Positions 46,787 through 57,221 of a stretch of 64,000 bases of DNA are shown here, piece by piece. How positions within the stretch are numbered: position 1 is the first letter of the stretch; every line of letters begins with the position of its first letter. Origin of the DNA: Candidatus Falkowbacteria bacterium. Its GTDB lineage: Bacteria > Patescibacteriota > Patescibacteriia > Patescibacteriales > UBA12465. Under the pieces are notes generated by a model. The model worked only from the letters and a program-made list of their open reading frames with translations. It was not told the origin of the DNA and did not search any database. The stretch covers positions 773-64,772 of the forward strand of contig JAAZJO010000001.1 of assembly GCA_012800315.1 (NCBI GenBank), read 5' to 3'. The position numbers and the translations under genes were made by a program.

Positions 46787-48024
46787 TCAAGCATCATTAA
46801 TATAAAAAGAGCAGCTATAACTGGTAGAGCAAAGGCCTCTCTTTTTTTATTTTTAAGTAAAAAGAAAATAAAAATTAAAAAGGCAGAAAAAGCAAAAACT
46901 CCATTCTCTGCCAAAGACAATAAAAAGGAATTATGAACCGGCTGATAATCCCAGGCTGGTTTTTTATTATCATCCAATGAAGCCAAGGCTAGGGTATAAT
47001 TACCTGCCCCTACACCAGTTAACGAATGTTGCTGCAGAATTTTATTAGCTTCCGCGATAGAAGAAGTACGCTCTATAATTGACTTTTGCTCTAAACGTGT
47101 GTCCGCCTTAATGCGCGTAGTAACCAAATCTTGAAAAGGAATAACCGCCATAAAAATCAATAAAGAAGAAAAAAGCAGTAAAGCTAAAAATCGTCCCAAA
47201 ATCCACTTATCTTTATTAACAACAAAAACAATTAACAGCACTAAAAAGCCAAAAAGCAAAGCCAGCCAGGCACTACGAGAAAAAGTAAAAAACAAGGCAT
47301 AAAGAGTAACAAAATAAAAAATAAAAAGAAAAATAGAAGCCCAAACTTGTCGGCGAGAATTGAGCATTTTTTTCTTGGCCAAAATACAAACTGCTATAAT
47401 TAAAGAAACAGCTAAAAGACCGCCTAAAATATTAGGGTGATCAAGTCCACCATAAGCTCTCAGCCAACGACCAGCAGCCGTTTCTACAACGGCGGCGCCT
47501 AAATCAGTTGAGTTATGTGCTGCTAAACCCAAATATTTACAAACCGGAGTGCTTTGAGTAAGAAATTGATAAATACCTAAAATCGCCTGCAAAAAAACTC
47601 CCGACAAAAAACTAAAAACTAAATATGAACGATTAAGTAAAGGTTCTTGGTAATTTTGCTGCATCGTTCCAAAACGAATAATAAAGAAGAGACAAACTCC
47701 CGACAAAATAATAAAAGAGCGATAAAAAGCTAAAAATTTATCGGTCGCGAAAAAAGTAGAAATAAAAACAAAGAAAACAAATGATAACAAGGCATACAAC
47801 ACCCGGCGACAATCGCCAATACACTCTTTTTCACGGGTACTTTGAAATAAAAAAAGAAGCAAAATTAATAAAAGCAAAATCTGACTAGCATAAAGACTAA
47901 TCTCGGAATAATTATTGCTTCCAGGCTGTAAAATTAATTTTGTTTGCCAAGGCAAAAGAAAAACAAATAAATAAATTAAGTATTCGCTTGCTTTTCGCAA
48001 AAATTTAAATAAGCCTTTCTCCAT
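46723..48024 (-). CDS. O-antigen ligase-like membrane protein (start likely MEKGL)
   Basis: RAYGGLDHPNILGG, TFSRSAW, GVGAGNY, PVHNSFL, MLDHW. Confidence 0.85.
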   Translation of the reverse strand: MEKGLFKFLRKASEYLIYLFVFLLPWQTKLILQPGSNNYSEISLYASQILLLLILLLFLFQSTREKECIGDCRRVLYALLSFVFFVFISTFFATDKFLAFYRSFIILSGVCLFFIIRFGTMQQNYQEPLLNRSYLVFSFLSGVFLQAILGIYQFLTQSTPVCKYLGLAAHNSTDLGAAVVETAAGRWLRAYGGLDHPNILGGLLAVSLIIAVCILAKKKMLNSRRQVWASIFLFIFYFVTLYALFFTFSRSAWLALLFGFLVLLIVFVVNKDKWILGRFLALLLFSSLLIFMAVIPFQDLVTTRIKADTRLEQKSIIERTSSIAEANKILQQHSLTGVGAGNYTLALASLDDNKKPAWDYQPVHNSFLLSLAENGVFAFSAFLIFIFFLLKNKKREAFALPVIAALFILMMLDHWLLSLPFGVFFLFLILGLI

Positions 48025-48883
48025 ATTTTTCTGCATATTCGCGACGTCGGTCATGTAAATATAATTTTAAAACCTGATTATTTATAACCACGCCGTCAGA
48101 ATTATTAGCTGCTTCCTTTAGTGCTGGCGGCATAATCGCCAGTTGAAAATCAGCTGATAATTTTTCTAAATAATTTAAAATTTTTGATTTTGAGGAAACA
48201 AAGCAATCTTCAGACTTAAACAAAGCTGTTGGCAAAAGTCCATTAACACTTAAAAACTGTTCATACGTCCTTTTTTTATTATACAATAAAACGAGACTTC
48301 TAAGCCAGTAGTAAAAATAAGGATCACTATTCGCTAATTTAAATTGCTCCAAATTCATCTTAGCCGCCGATAAATAAAAACTTAAACATATTTTATCTCG
48401 CTTATTTTTTTCTGTCGGACGACTCTTAGCTAATTTAGCTACACCAGTACAAAATAAACGCGTTAACCATAACCGCTGTGGTGCTGTAATAATTAAAAAA
48501 TCAATATCGCTGCCATCGCGCATATTATTTTGGCCAATAGAATTGGCTAAAATAACACATCTAACAAACGGGCAAACTTTAAATATCTTGGTAAATCGTT
48601 GAGCAATTTTAATTTTCCGCCAAGAATAATTATGACGTAAGGCCCGCGTGTTTAAAATTTCCCGGCGATCAGATAAAAAGAAAAAGCCATTTTCTTGCTT
48701 AATCTTTTTAATAGATACTAAAAAATCAAGAGTAGCAATTATTTCGCTCAAAGCTACTTGTTTATCTAAATACTTAAAAACTTCATAAGCTGTTAACGGG
48801 TAATCAAATAAATCAAAAAAAATAATTACTCGTCTAACTGTCTCCGCCAAGTCTTCTTGGTTTTTTGAAATACTATTGAGCAT
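48005..48883 (-). CDS. Hypothetical protein with nucleotidyltransferase-like motif
   Basis: FDLFDYPLT N-terminus; ANSIG...GSDIDFLII. Confidence 0.65.
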   Translation of the reverse strand: MLNSISKNQEDLAETVRRVIIFFDLFDYPLTAYEVFKYLDKQVALSEIIATLDFLVSIKKIKQENGFFFLSDRREILNTRALRHNYSWRKIKIAQRFTKIFKVCPFVRCVILANSIGQNNMRDGSDIDFLIITAPQRLWLTRLFCTGVAKLAKSRPTEKNKRDKICLSFYLSAAKMNLEQFKLANSDPYFYYWLRSLVLLYNKKRTYEQFLSVNGLLPTALFKSEDCFVSSKSKILNYLEKLSADFQLAIMPPALKEAANNSDGVVINNQVLKLYLHDRRREYAEKYGERLI

Positions 48884-49997
48884 TTTTCGGACGATCTATT
48901 TTTAAAACCTCAACGGTACTTTTTCCTTCAGTAATTTTAGTGATATCTTTATCAATCTTTTTAAACTCTACATAAGCATTATTATAATGATTAACAGTTG
49001 TTGACATGCTCATGCCTAGTTTTTTCATGAATTCATCATAACTATTCATGTGTTTACCCAACTTCTCAATATTCGCCCGAATTTCTTTAGCTCTTTCCTC
49101 AATTTGCATCGCTTTGAGTCCCTGAAGAACAGTTTGTAAATAGGCCAAAAAAGAGGTTGGCGAAACAATGATCACTTTTTTATCACGAATAGCATATTCA
49201 ATTAAATCGCGCGTATTAACTTTAACTGCCCCCACCTTATTAATTAATAAATCATAATAAATAGCCTCAGAGGGAATAAACATAAAAGCAAAATCCATCG
49301 TTTTTCTCTCCGGTAAAACATATTTAGCTGTTTCATCAATCCGATTTTTCAAATCTTGCTTAAAAGCTGCTTCTAATTTTTCACGCACCTCTTGATTAGA
49401 CGCCTCTAAAATACGCTCATAATTTTCTAAAGAAAACTTAGCGTCAATTGGAATAATTTTATCCTTAACAAAAACAACCGCATCAACAATCAAGTCTTTG
49501 CCTGTTCGTTCATCCTTGCCTAGTGGATATTGCATTTGATAAGAATTAGGCGGCAAAACATTTTTCAAAGTTTCTTCTAAAAAATATTCTCCCAAAACTC
49601 CTCGTTGTTTCGGGTTTTTTAAAATGTCCTGTAGATTTTGAAGTTGGGCAGAAAAGTTAATCACTTGTTTATTAGTTTCATCAAGCTTGGTTAATTTTTC
49701 GGTCACCTCAGCAATTAATTTCGCTGATTGAGCAGTAATATTTTGCACAATACGCGTGGTTTGACTAAATTGATCCTGATTGGAGCGATGAGTTTCTGAT
49801 AATTTTTTATCAAGTTCTTGACGCAATTCCGAATTTTGAGAAGATAATTGAGATAATTTTTCTGATTGCTGAATTAAGCGCTCAGTTAAAGAATCAATTT
49901 TAGCTCCACTGCCACTATCTTTGCGACGCAGTAATAAAAAAATTACCAAAGCGATGCCAATAATTAAAATTGCCAACAAAAAATAAATTAACGACAT
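48873..49997 (-). CDS. rmuC: DNA recombination protein RmuC
   Basis: TM + coiled coil, KQRGVLGE, IDAKF, AFMFIPSEAIY, VSPT. Confidence 0.92.
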   Translation of the reverse strand: MSLIYFLLAILIIGIALVIFLLLRRKDSGSGAKIDSLTERLIQQSEKLSQLSSQNSELRQELDKKLSETHRSNQDQFSQTTRIVQNITAQSAKLIAEVTEKLTKLDETNKQVINFSAQLQNLQDILKNPKQRGVLGEYFLEETLKNVLPPNSYQMQYPLGKDERTGKDLIVDAVVFVKDKIIPIDAKFSLENYERILEASNQEVREKLEAAFKQDLKNRIDETAKYVLPERKTMDFAFMFIPSEAIYYDLLINKVGAVKVNTRDLIEYAIRDKKVIIVSPTSFLAYLQTVLQGLKAMQIEERAKEIRANIEKLGKHMNSYDEFMKKLGMSMSTTVNHYNNAYVEFKKIDKDITKITEGKSTVEVLKIDRPKNAQ

Positions 49998-50012
49998 ATT
50001 TATAAAAATTGA

Positions 50013-50492
50013 TTATTCTTTTTTTAATAAATCTCTAATTTCGGTCAACAATTCCTGATCCTTAGTTAGGGGCTTAGGTGTTTCTTCAGTCTTTTCTTTT
50101 TCTTCTTTAATCAATCTTTTCTTTAAACGCCCAATCATTTTCACCATAATGAAAACTGCCAAAGAAATAACTAAGAAATCAAAAACATTTTGAATAAACA
50201 CACCAATATTCATGGTAACTGCTTGCTTAATCACCTCACCATTTTCAGCTAAAACAGCGGGTCGCAAAATCCACTTCCAACCAGTAAAATTTACTCCCCC
50301 AACCAAAACACCAACTAATGGCATAACAATATCAGCTACCAAAGAAGAAACAATTTTTCCAAAAGCAGCACCAATAACTACTGCTACTACTAAATCAACA
50401 ACATTTCCTTTAACAGCGAAATCTTTAAATTCTTTTAACCAATTAGCACTCTTACTTTTTTTAATTTTTTTAACTATATTTTTATCTTCCAT
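50013..50492 (-). CDS. mscL: Large-conductance mechanosensitive channel
   Basis: EFKDFAVKGNVVDL..AVVIGAAFGKIV...LLTEIRDLL. Confidence 0.96.
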   Translation of the reverse strand: MEDKNIVKKIKKSKSANWLKEFKDFAVKGNVVDLVVAVVIGAAFGKIVSSLVADIVMPLVGVLVGGVNFTGWKWILRPAVLAENGEVIKQAVTMNIGVFIQNVFDFLVISLAVFIMVKMIGRLKKRLIKEEKEKTEETPKPLTKDQELLTEIRDLLKKE

Positions 50493-50533
50493 ATTCTTTA
50501 ATCTTAATTTTATATCTTTATTTATAATTCATA

Positions 50534-50558
50534 AAAGCCGGCTTTTAGAGCCGGCTTT
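50534..50558 (-). terminator. Hairpin/terminator after gyrA
   Basis: AAAGCCGGCT-TTTAG-AGCCGGCTTT. Confidence 0.6.
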
Positions 50559-50562
50559 AAAA

Positions 50563-53088
50563 TTAAACCCAAGTTACGCCAGCCACTTTATCCCCCTCTT
50601 CTTTAAATTTCATCATTCTCACACCTTGCGTATCACGCCCTAAAACATTAACTGATTTAAACGGAGTTCTGATCACCTGTCCTTTTTCAGAAATAATAAT
50701 CAAATCTCTATCTTCCATGCTAACGGCATTAATTAAAAAGGCATTGGTAATATCTCCAGTTTTATCGGTTGTTTTAGCAGTCTTAATACCGCTGCCACCA
50801 CGTCCCTGAACTTTATAGGAAGAAATATCAGTGCGTTTTCCAAAACCATTAGCCATAATCGTTAACACTTGATATTTTCTCTTCTTTTCTTTATCAGTTT
50901 TAGCAATTCCCATGCCAATCACCCGATCCCCTTTCTTTAAACGAATACCATGAACACCAGCTGCTCCTCGCCCCATGCTACGAACATCGGTTTCAACAAA
51001 TCTGATTGCCTGACCTTTGGCTGATATCAACATAATATGGTCACTACCTGAGGTCGGTTTAACCCAGATAAGTTTATCATTATCTTTAATTTTAATAGCA
51101 ATTAAGCCGCTACGACGAACATTGTTAAAGGCACTCAGCTCAACTTTTTTAACCAATCCTTGCTCGGTAGCAAAAAATAAATATTTACTAAAAATAGTTT
51201 TATCTAAAGGCAAAATGGAAGATACTTGTTCATTGCTAGTTAATTGTAAAAAATTAATCACCGGTGTGCCTTTGGCGATCCGAGAGGCTTGGGGAATTTC
51301 ATAAACCTTTAACTGAAAAACACGTCCCTTAGTTGTGAAGAATAAAACATCATTATGGGTTTGTGAAGTAAACATGAATTCAACTGTATCCTCTTCTTTG
51401 GTTGTTAAGCCCATCACACCCTTGCCGCCCCGTGCCTGAACCTTAAAAGTATCTGGCTCAAGTCTCTTAATATATCCGTCACGAGTCATCATAACCACTG
51501 TTTCTTCATTCGGCACCAAATCTTCCATACTAAACTCACCCACTCCATGTGCGACCACTGTTGTTTTTCTATCATCACCATATTTATCAACCAAAACCTG
51601 TAATTCATCTTTAACAATCTTTCTAATTTTTATTACTGATTTTAAGATTGATTCTAATTCTTTAATTAAAGCTAATTTTTCTTTTAATTCTGTTTCAATC
51701 TTTATGCGCTCCAAATTAGCCAAGCTCTGTAGACGCATTTCCAGAATAGCTATTGCTTGACGATCAGATAATTTAAATTTCTTTATTAAATTAATCTTAG
51801 CAACCTCCTTGTCCTTAGAGGCTTTAATTGTCTTAATTACTTCATCAATATTTTTCAAGGCAATCATTAAGCCTTCTAAAATATGAGCGCGATCTTTAGC
51901 TTTATTTAATTCAAATTGAGTGCGACGACGTACAACCTCTTCACGATGCTTAATATATTCTTCTAAAATCATCTTTAAGGTTAAAATCTTTGGCTGAATG
52001 CCATCAACCAAGGCCAACATATTAAGATGAAAGGTAGTTTGCAAAGAAGTATATTTATATAAACTATTCAAAACCTTTTTCGGATAAGAATCTTTTTTCA
52101 ACTCCATCACAATTCTCACGCCCTCCTTATCAGATTCATCTCGTAAAGCCTTAATACCATCAATTTTTTTATCTTTTATTAAGGTGGCAATTTTCATAAC
52201 CAAGTCCGCTTTATTAACCTGATAAGGAATTTCGGAAACAATGATTTGGAAACCGCCATTTTTCATTTCTTCAATATCTGCTTTGCCGCGAAGAACGATG
52301 CCACCCTTACCAGTCGCATAAGCTTCTAGTATTGCTTTTTTATCATAAATAATTCCTCCGGTTGGAAAATCTGGTCCCTTTACAAACTGCATTAGATCCT
52401 CAACACTAGCCTCTGGATTATCAATTAAATGATCAATTGCTCCCGCCAACTCTCTTAAATTATGAGGGGGAATATTGGTTGCCATACCAACAGCAATTCC
52501 CATTGTCCCGTTCAATAACAACTGCGGAAGTTTAGCGGGTAAAACACGTGGCTCTTTTCTGCTGCCATCATAATTAGGAATAAAATCAACTGTCTCTTTA
52601 TCTAAATCAAACAGCATTTCTTCAGAAATCGCAGAAAGTTTAGCCTCAGTATAACGCATAGCCGCTGCGCTATCGCCATCCATTGAGCCAAAGTTTCCTT
52701 GGCCACGCACTAAAGGATAACGCATTGAAAAATCCTGGGCCAAACGAACCATTGAGTCATAAACAGCACTATCACCATGTGGATGATATTTACCTAAAAC
52801 CTCACCAACAACCGTCGCTGATTTACGAAATTTTCCATTCGCTCTTAAACCAATATCCCACATCGCATACAAAATACGACGATGAACTGGCTTTAAACCA
52901 TCACGCACATCTGGTAAAGCACGAGAAATAATAACGCTCATCGCATATTCAAGATATGAGCGACGCATTTCCTCTTCTAGCGGCTGTTCTTCAATTATTC
53001 CGTATTCTGTTTGCTGACGAAGATTATTTGCTGGTTTATCTTTCTCTTTCGCAATAGGTTTTTTTTGATCTTTCTCAGTCTTTGACAT
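50563..53088 (-). CDS. gyrA: DNA gyrase subunit A
   Basis: [29 protein letters not shown], GyrA-box QARGGKG. Confidence 0.97.
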   Translation of the reverse strand: MSKTEKDQKKPIAKEKDKPANNLRQQTEYGIIEEQPLEEEMRRSYLEYAMSVIISRALPDVRDGLKPVHRRILYAMWDIGLRANGKFRKSATVVGEVLGKYHPHGDSAVYDSMVRLAQDFSMRYPLVRGQGNFGSMDGDSAAAMRYTEAKLSAISEEMLFDLDKETVDFIPNYDGSRKEPRVLPAKLPQLLLNGTMGIAVGMATNIPPHNLRELAGAIDHLIDNPEASVEDLMQFVKGPDFPTGGIIYDKKAILEAYATGKGGIVLRGKADIEEMKNGGFQIIVSEIPYQVNKADLVMKIATLIKDKKIDGIKALRDESDKEGVRIVMELKKDSYPKKVLNSLYKYTSLQTTFHLNMLALVDGIQPKILTLKMILEEYIKHREEVVRRRTQFELNKAKDRAHILEGLMIALKNIDEVIKTIKASKDKEVAKINLIKKFKLSDRQAIAILEMRLQSLANLERIKIETELKEKLALIKELESILKSVIKIRKIVKDELQVLVDKYGDDRKTTVVAHGVGEFSMEDLVPNEETVVMMTRDGYIKRLEPDTFKVQARGGKGVMGLTTKEEDTVEFMFTSQTHNDVLFFTTKGRVFQLKVYEIPQASRIAKGTPVINFLQLTSNEQVSSILPLDKTIFSKYLFFATEQGLVKKVELSAFNNVRRSGLIAIKIKDNDKLIWVKPTSGSDHIMLISAKGQAIRFVETDVRSMGRGAAGVHGIRLKKGDRVIGMGIAKTDKEKKRKYQVLTIMANGFGKRTDISSYKVQGRGGSGIKTAKTTDKTGDITNAFLINAVSMEDRDLIIISEKGQVIRTPFKSVNVLGRDTQGVRMMKFKEEGDKVAGVTWV

Positions 53089-53097
53089 AAATAAAAA

Positions 53098-53538
53098 TTA
53101 ATACACTAATTCAGTTATTCCCTCACAACCGATTGGGATGCTACAGGAACGAGCAGCGCCAATTGTTGGCATACAATTTATATAAGCAGGGCAACTTGAA
53201 TTTAAATCTTTAGGCTCGGGTAATTCTGGGATAATAATAGGTTGTTCTTCTGAAACAGGAGAAATATCAGGCATTAAAATATCAGAGCTTGAAGTAGCTG
53301 GCAGAAAATTTTCTGACTCAACTTCTTTTATCTTATTTAATCCTTCATTTAACTTATCTAAAGTTTCATTAAGCTCATCACGGATAGACTGCAATTCTTC
53401 TTTATCTTGATTTACTTCTGAAGCCTGCTTAATAAACGAATGCTTCATAACAAAAAGCCAAAAAACGAAAACTAGAATCATGATTAAAATCACTCCGACT
53501 TTCATAATCTTTTTTCTCTCATCTTGATTCTCTTTCAT
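53098..53538 (-). CDS. Hypothetical membrane-anchored protein
   Basis: TM, coiled coil, C-terminal CP..INCMP....CSIP.GC. Confidence 0.6.
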   Translation of the reverse strand: MKENQDERKKIMKVGVILIMILVFVFWLFVMKHSFIKQASEVNQDKEELQSIRDELNETLDKLNEGLNKIKEVESENFLPATSSSDILMPDISPVSEEQPIIIPELPEPKDLNSSCPAYINCMPTIGAARSCSIPIGCEGITELVY

Positions 53539-53570
53539 AAATATTTTAGCACCTCTTAAACTCTTTAAAG

Positions 53571-54173
53571 TTATTCATTAATATTATCAAGATTAATGTC
53601 ATACAAAATATGCTCGGCAAACAAGCGATATTTTAAAATTTCTTCTTCAGTAAACCAGATTGGGATTTCTCTAGCTGCATCTTCAACCGGATCAGAGCAA
53701 TGAATCAAATTACGAACAGCCCGCTCATCTAGGCTGGCTAAATCATAAGAATCTAAAGTATAGTCACCACGAATAGTCCCACCATCAGAAGACAAGGGTT
53801 CGGTTGAACCAACAATTTTTTTAACAATGCCAACTGCTTGATTTCCTTCCCAAATCATCGGAACGACTGGACCACAACTCATAAACTTAACTAAAGCACG
53901 AATAATATCTTTACCATATTCAATCGCTTCCTTTTCAATTGGCATACCAGCCGCCTTTCTTTCTGCAACAATTCTTTCCCCCTTGCTTAAAAACCAAGCA
54001 TCGTCCTTAGCATAATGCTTCCACAGCTGCTCTTCAGTAGCAATAATCATTTTCATGGCCACTAATTTTAAACCAGTGTTTTCAATTCTTTTAATTAATT
54101 CACCAATTAAGCCGCGCTGCACAGCGTCAGGTTTAAGGATAACCAAAGTTCTTTCTTTTTTCGGATTAATCAT
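53571..54173 (-). CDS. ndk: Nucleoside diphosphate kinase
   Basis: ERTLVILKPDAVQRGL, GTIRGD, NLIHCSD. Confidence 0.95.
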   Translation of the reverse strand: MINPKKERTLVILKPDAVQRGLIGELIKRIENTGLKLVAMKMIIATEEQLWKHYAKDDAWFLSKGERIVAERKAAGMPIEKEAIEYGKDIIRALVKFMSCGPVVPMIWEGNQAVGIVKKIVGSTEPLSSDGGTIRGDYTLDSYDLASLDERAVRNLIHCSDPVEDAAREIPIWFTEEEILKYRLFAEHILYDINLDNINE

Positions 54174-54177
54174 AAAT

Positions 54178-54822
54178 TTAAATACTTAATATTACTAATT
54201 CCATATCTTCTTGAGGAAGATCTTTTTTAGAAATTTTTAATTTTTCTTCATAACTTGGGGCGACGCCAATTTCTTTAATAAACTTATCTAGTGGATCAAG
54301 GTCAATTTTTACGCCTTCAGTTTTATAATGCATCGGAATAACAATGCGTGGTTCAATCTGGGAAATTACTTCTACTGCCTTCTTCGCATCAATTGTGTAT
54401 TTTCCGCCAACTGGAATTAATAAAATATCCGTTCCGGCTAATTTTTCAAGCTGGGCACTATCCAAAACATCCCCTAAATCACCCAGGTGAACAACTGAAA
54501 TATCATCAATTTCAATACGATATATTATATTATTTCCTCTTTCCTTGCCTTGCTGACTATCATGATAAGAATCAATTCCCTCAATTAAAACTTCTTTTTT
54601 ATCATATTCACCAGCACAAGAAATAACAAAAGGGTTGCCGCGAATCGCGCCAACATTATTATGATCATGATGATCATGGGAAATTGTAACAATATCCGCT
54701 TCAAAATTCGGAACCTTAAGTCCCACTTCCTTGCCAAAAGGATCGGTAACAACTGTCACTCCTTCTGGGCCAATTTTATCTTGAAGTTTAAAGCATGAGT
54801 GCCCTTGCCAAGTAATAATCAT
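54178..54822 (-). CDS. MBL-fold metallo-hydrolase
   Basis: WQGHSCF, SHDHHDH, HLGD, IPMHY. Confidence 0.9.
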   Translation of the reverse strand: MIITWQGHSCFKLQDKIGPEGVTVVTDPFGKEVGLKVPNFEADIVTISHDHHDHNNVGAIRGNPFVISCAGEYDKKEVLIEGIDSYHDSQQGKERGNNIIYRIEIDDISVVHLGDLGDVLDSAQLEKLAGTDILLIPVGGKYTIDAKKAVEVISQIEPRIVIPMHYKTEGVKIDLDPLDKFIKEIGVAPSYEEKLKISKKDLPQEDMELVILSI

Positions 54823-54922
54823 ATATCTTAAACAATAAAAAAGGTCGTCTAACCTTAAAAATATTATAGCAAAAGATACCTATCAGGTCAAACAAAAAAT
54901 AAGCTTAAAAATAATAAAAAAA

Positions 54923-55756
54923 CTAGCTTTTACTTGCCCCAAAAACTTTAATAGTCCCCTCAATATCCGTTCTTTTGATATCTATATTTAAGCTTTTTAC
55001 CCTATCTAAAACCTCTTCATGAGGATGGTTAAAACGATTATTAGCGCCAGCGGAAATCACAAAAATTTTTGGCTTAACTGCTCGTAAAAAGGCTTCACCA
55101 TTAGACGTTTTAGAGCCATGATGAGAGGCTTTCATAATTTCTACCGACCAATCATATCCAGTTGCCAGTAAAGCCTTTTCCACTGCCAAACTATTATCAC
55201 CACTAAAAATAGCCCTTAACCCATCACAATCTAATTTAACGACAATTGAATTATTATCATCCTCTGACACACTTAAAGCTGCAGGATTTAACAAAAAAAG
55301 AGAACAAGAGGCTGAGTAATTTATTTTTGCTTCATTTTTAAGATTAATTAAATTAACTCCTCTGACCCGAGCTTCTTTTAATAATTCAGCTAAAAATTCA
55401 GTTTTATTTACATCGTCCACATAAATAATAGTATCAATCTTATAACGATAAAGAATTTCTAATAAGCCAATGACATGATCATCATGTGAATGGCTTAAAA
55501 TCACTAAATCAATTTTCCTTTTAAAAAAAGGTAAATTTTCTCCCAAACGCTTTAAAACTAAATTATCTGGACCACCATCTATTAGAATAGTCTTTCCTTT
55601 AGCAATTTTTATTAAGGCAGCGTCACCCTGACCAACATCTAAAAAATCAACTTCCGTTAATTTTTGATGGGAATTAAAAAATATTATGACCAAAAACAAT
55701 AAGCCAAGCAGCAAGGCGACAATAAATAAAAAAGTATTTTTTCTTTTTTGTAGCAT
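54923..55756 (-). CDS. Stand-alone ComEC/Rec2-type MBL domain protein
   Basis: FLDVGQGDA, LIDGG, SHSHDDH, NNSIV, HHGS, N.F.HP. Confidence 0.88.
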   Translation of the reverse strand: MLQKRKNTFLFIVALLLGLLFLVIIFFNSHQKLTEVDFLDVGQGDAALIKIAKGKTILIDGGPDNLVLKRLGENLPFFKRKIDLVILSHSHDDHVIGLLEILYRYKIDTIIYVDDVNKTEFLAELLKEARVRGVNLINLKNEAKINYSASCSLFLLNPAALSVSEDDNNSIVVKLDCDGLRAIFSGDNSLAVEKALLATGYDWSVEIMKASHHGSKTSNGEAFLRAVKPKIFVISAGANNRFNHPHEEVLDRVKSLNIDIKRTDIEGTIKVFGASKS

Positions 55757-55936
55757 AGCTTAATTAATATAAAAATATTCACTCATTATATAATAAAGAG
55801 GCTAAATAAAATCTAAAGAAATAAATTTAACAAAACCCTAAGTGATTGACATTTTTATTAAAAGGTGGATAATAGATAAACTATCGTTCTTTAAAAAGAA
55901 AATAAAAAAAATAAATATAACCTAAATCTTTAAGAA

Positions 55937-56617
55937 ATGGAGAAATTATATTTTGATTTAATGCCGAAATGTTCAGCGATAGCATCACTATCGCCAAACA
56001 ATAAGCTGAACGCCCTAGAGCAAGCGGTTGATATTTTGGCTGGCAAAAAAAGTTTAGAAGAAAAAATAAACGAAGAAATTGCTAACTTCGTTTACAATCT
56101 GCGTAACTATTTAATACCAGTAAAACAAATGGAGGATTTTAAAAAAATTAAACCCCTGGCTCAAAGAAAAATGGAAAAAACCATCCTGCAGTACGAGGGG
56201 GTGTTAATCAGGGTGCCAAGGAAGCTAACAGAAAAGATGGCTGAGATTGCTTTTCAATATTCTCCCGATATGAGAAAAATTGAAATAAAATTTCTTCAAC
56301 AACATTCTTCATCCTATTTCCTGGCCAGAAAAAAAATTTCTGGACACATGGAGCCCGCTATCATCATGAACTTTTTTAACAATCTAGGTAAGGAGCATGG
56401 CCGGCTAATTGTGGCTGACATATTAATAAAAGCTGAGTTTGATATAAAAACTGAACAATCAATTATTATCATCAATGCTTATAAATCAAATATTAAAACT
56501 CCAACTAAAAAATTAATCCTTGATTGGAATCATCTTTTTATTGAAAAGGGAGAAAAAGTTCTTGCTGTCCCCGATACCCAGGAATACATTAAATTAAAAA
56601 CCATCAAAACTGCGTAG
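55937..56617 (+). CDS. Hypothetical protein
   Basis: 226-aa ORF with upstream TTGACA (55846) and its own terminator; no motif recognised. Confidence 0.6.
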   Translation: MEKLYFDLMPKCSAIASLSPNNKLNALEQAVDILAGKKSLEEKINEEIANFVYNLRNYLIPVKQMEDFKKIKPLAQRKMEKTILQYEGVLIRVPRKLTEKMAEIAFQYSPDMRKIEIKFLQQHSSSYFLARKKISGHMEPAIIMNFFNNLGKEHGRLIVADILIKAEFDIKTEQSIIIINAYKSNIKTPTKKLILDWNHLFIEKGEKVLAVPDTQEYIKLKTIKTA

Positions 56618-56622
56618 GCTCT

Positions 56623-56656
56623 AAAAGGCTACTCAATTAATTGAGTAGCCTTTTTT
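56623..56656 (+). terminator. Intrinsic terminator (32-bp perfect palindrome)
   Basis: AAAAGGCTACTCAATT|AATTGAGTAGCCTTTT plus T run. Confidence 0.8.
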
Positions 56657-56667
56657 CTTTGACTAAC

Positions 56668-56693
56668 AAAAAACGTTCTAAAGATAGAACGTT
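56668..56693 (-). terminator. Intrinsic terminator for the H1-like gene
   Basis: Minus strand AACGTTCTA-TCTT-TAGAACGTT-TTTT. Confidence 0.65.
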
Positions 56694-56753
56694 CTTTGTA
56701 TAATTTTTAAATCAATAAAACTTATTAATGATTAATTAATAAATTTTAATAAT

Positions 56754-56972
56754 TTATTTTTTCTTAGCAACCTTCTTAGCTGGTTTCTTAGCAACCTTCT
56801 TTACTGCTTTCTTAGCAGCTGGTTTCTTAGCAACCTTCTTGGCAGGTTTTTTTGCAACTTTTTTAGCTGGTTTTTTAGCAGCTGGTTTCTTAGCAACCTT
56901 CTTTACTGCTTTCTTAGCAGCTGGTTTCTTTGCCACCTTCTTAGCAGGTTTTTTTGCAACTTTCTTTTTCAT
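56754..56972 (-). CDS. Histone H1-like (Lys/Ala/Pro/Val repeat) nucleoid protein
   Basis: 72 aa, 36 Lys, KK(V/P)A repeats; SD GGGGGTGA upstream; terminator downstream. Confidence 0.8.
   Translation of the reverse strand: MKKKVAKKPAKKVAKKPAAKKAVKKVAKKPAAKKPAKKVAKKPAKKVAKKPAAKKAVKKVAKKPAKKVAKKK
56778..56930. repeat. 51-bp exact direct repeat inside the H1-like gene (56778-56828 and 56880-56930)
   Basis: agctggtttcttagcaaccttctttactgctttcttagcagctggtttctt twice, 102 nt (34 codons) apart. Confidence 0.85.
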
Positions 56973-57146
56973 AAACTCACCCCCTCTCTTGAGTAAATTA
57001 ACTTTTAAAATTTAATAGATTAATTTTTAAAATTTAATTTGATAGATAAAAATTTATCTTAAAAATAAAATTTTATCTTCTACAATAATTATACAACTTC
57101 TAAAATTAACTAGCAATACTTTTTCCCCTTTTTTAAAATTTTTTAT

Positions 57147-57187
57147 AAAAAAATTCCTCTGCCGATTCCGAAGCACAGGAATTTTTT
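57147..57187 (-). terminator. Intrinsic terminator after glyQS
   Basis: AAAAAATTCCT.TGC...GCA.AGGAATTTTTT inverted repeat. Confidence 0.65.
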
Positions 57188-57221
57188 ATTTTTTATTTTG
57201 CCAAACTAATTTTTTTCGCTC

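Noticed and set aside
50563..53088. Topoisomerase IV parC instead of gyrA
   Set aside because: GyrA-box-like QARGGKG and a full C-terminal pinwheel region are present
56623..56654. Perfect 32-bp palindrome as a transposon end or MITE
   Set aside because: Lies right after a stop codon with T tails; no transposase or target duplication; terminator is the simpler reading
56754..56972. Repetitive DNA as a CRISPR array or non-coding satellite
   Set aside because: Repeats keep codon phase, vary at wobble positions, have no unique spacers and no cas genes nearby
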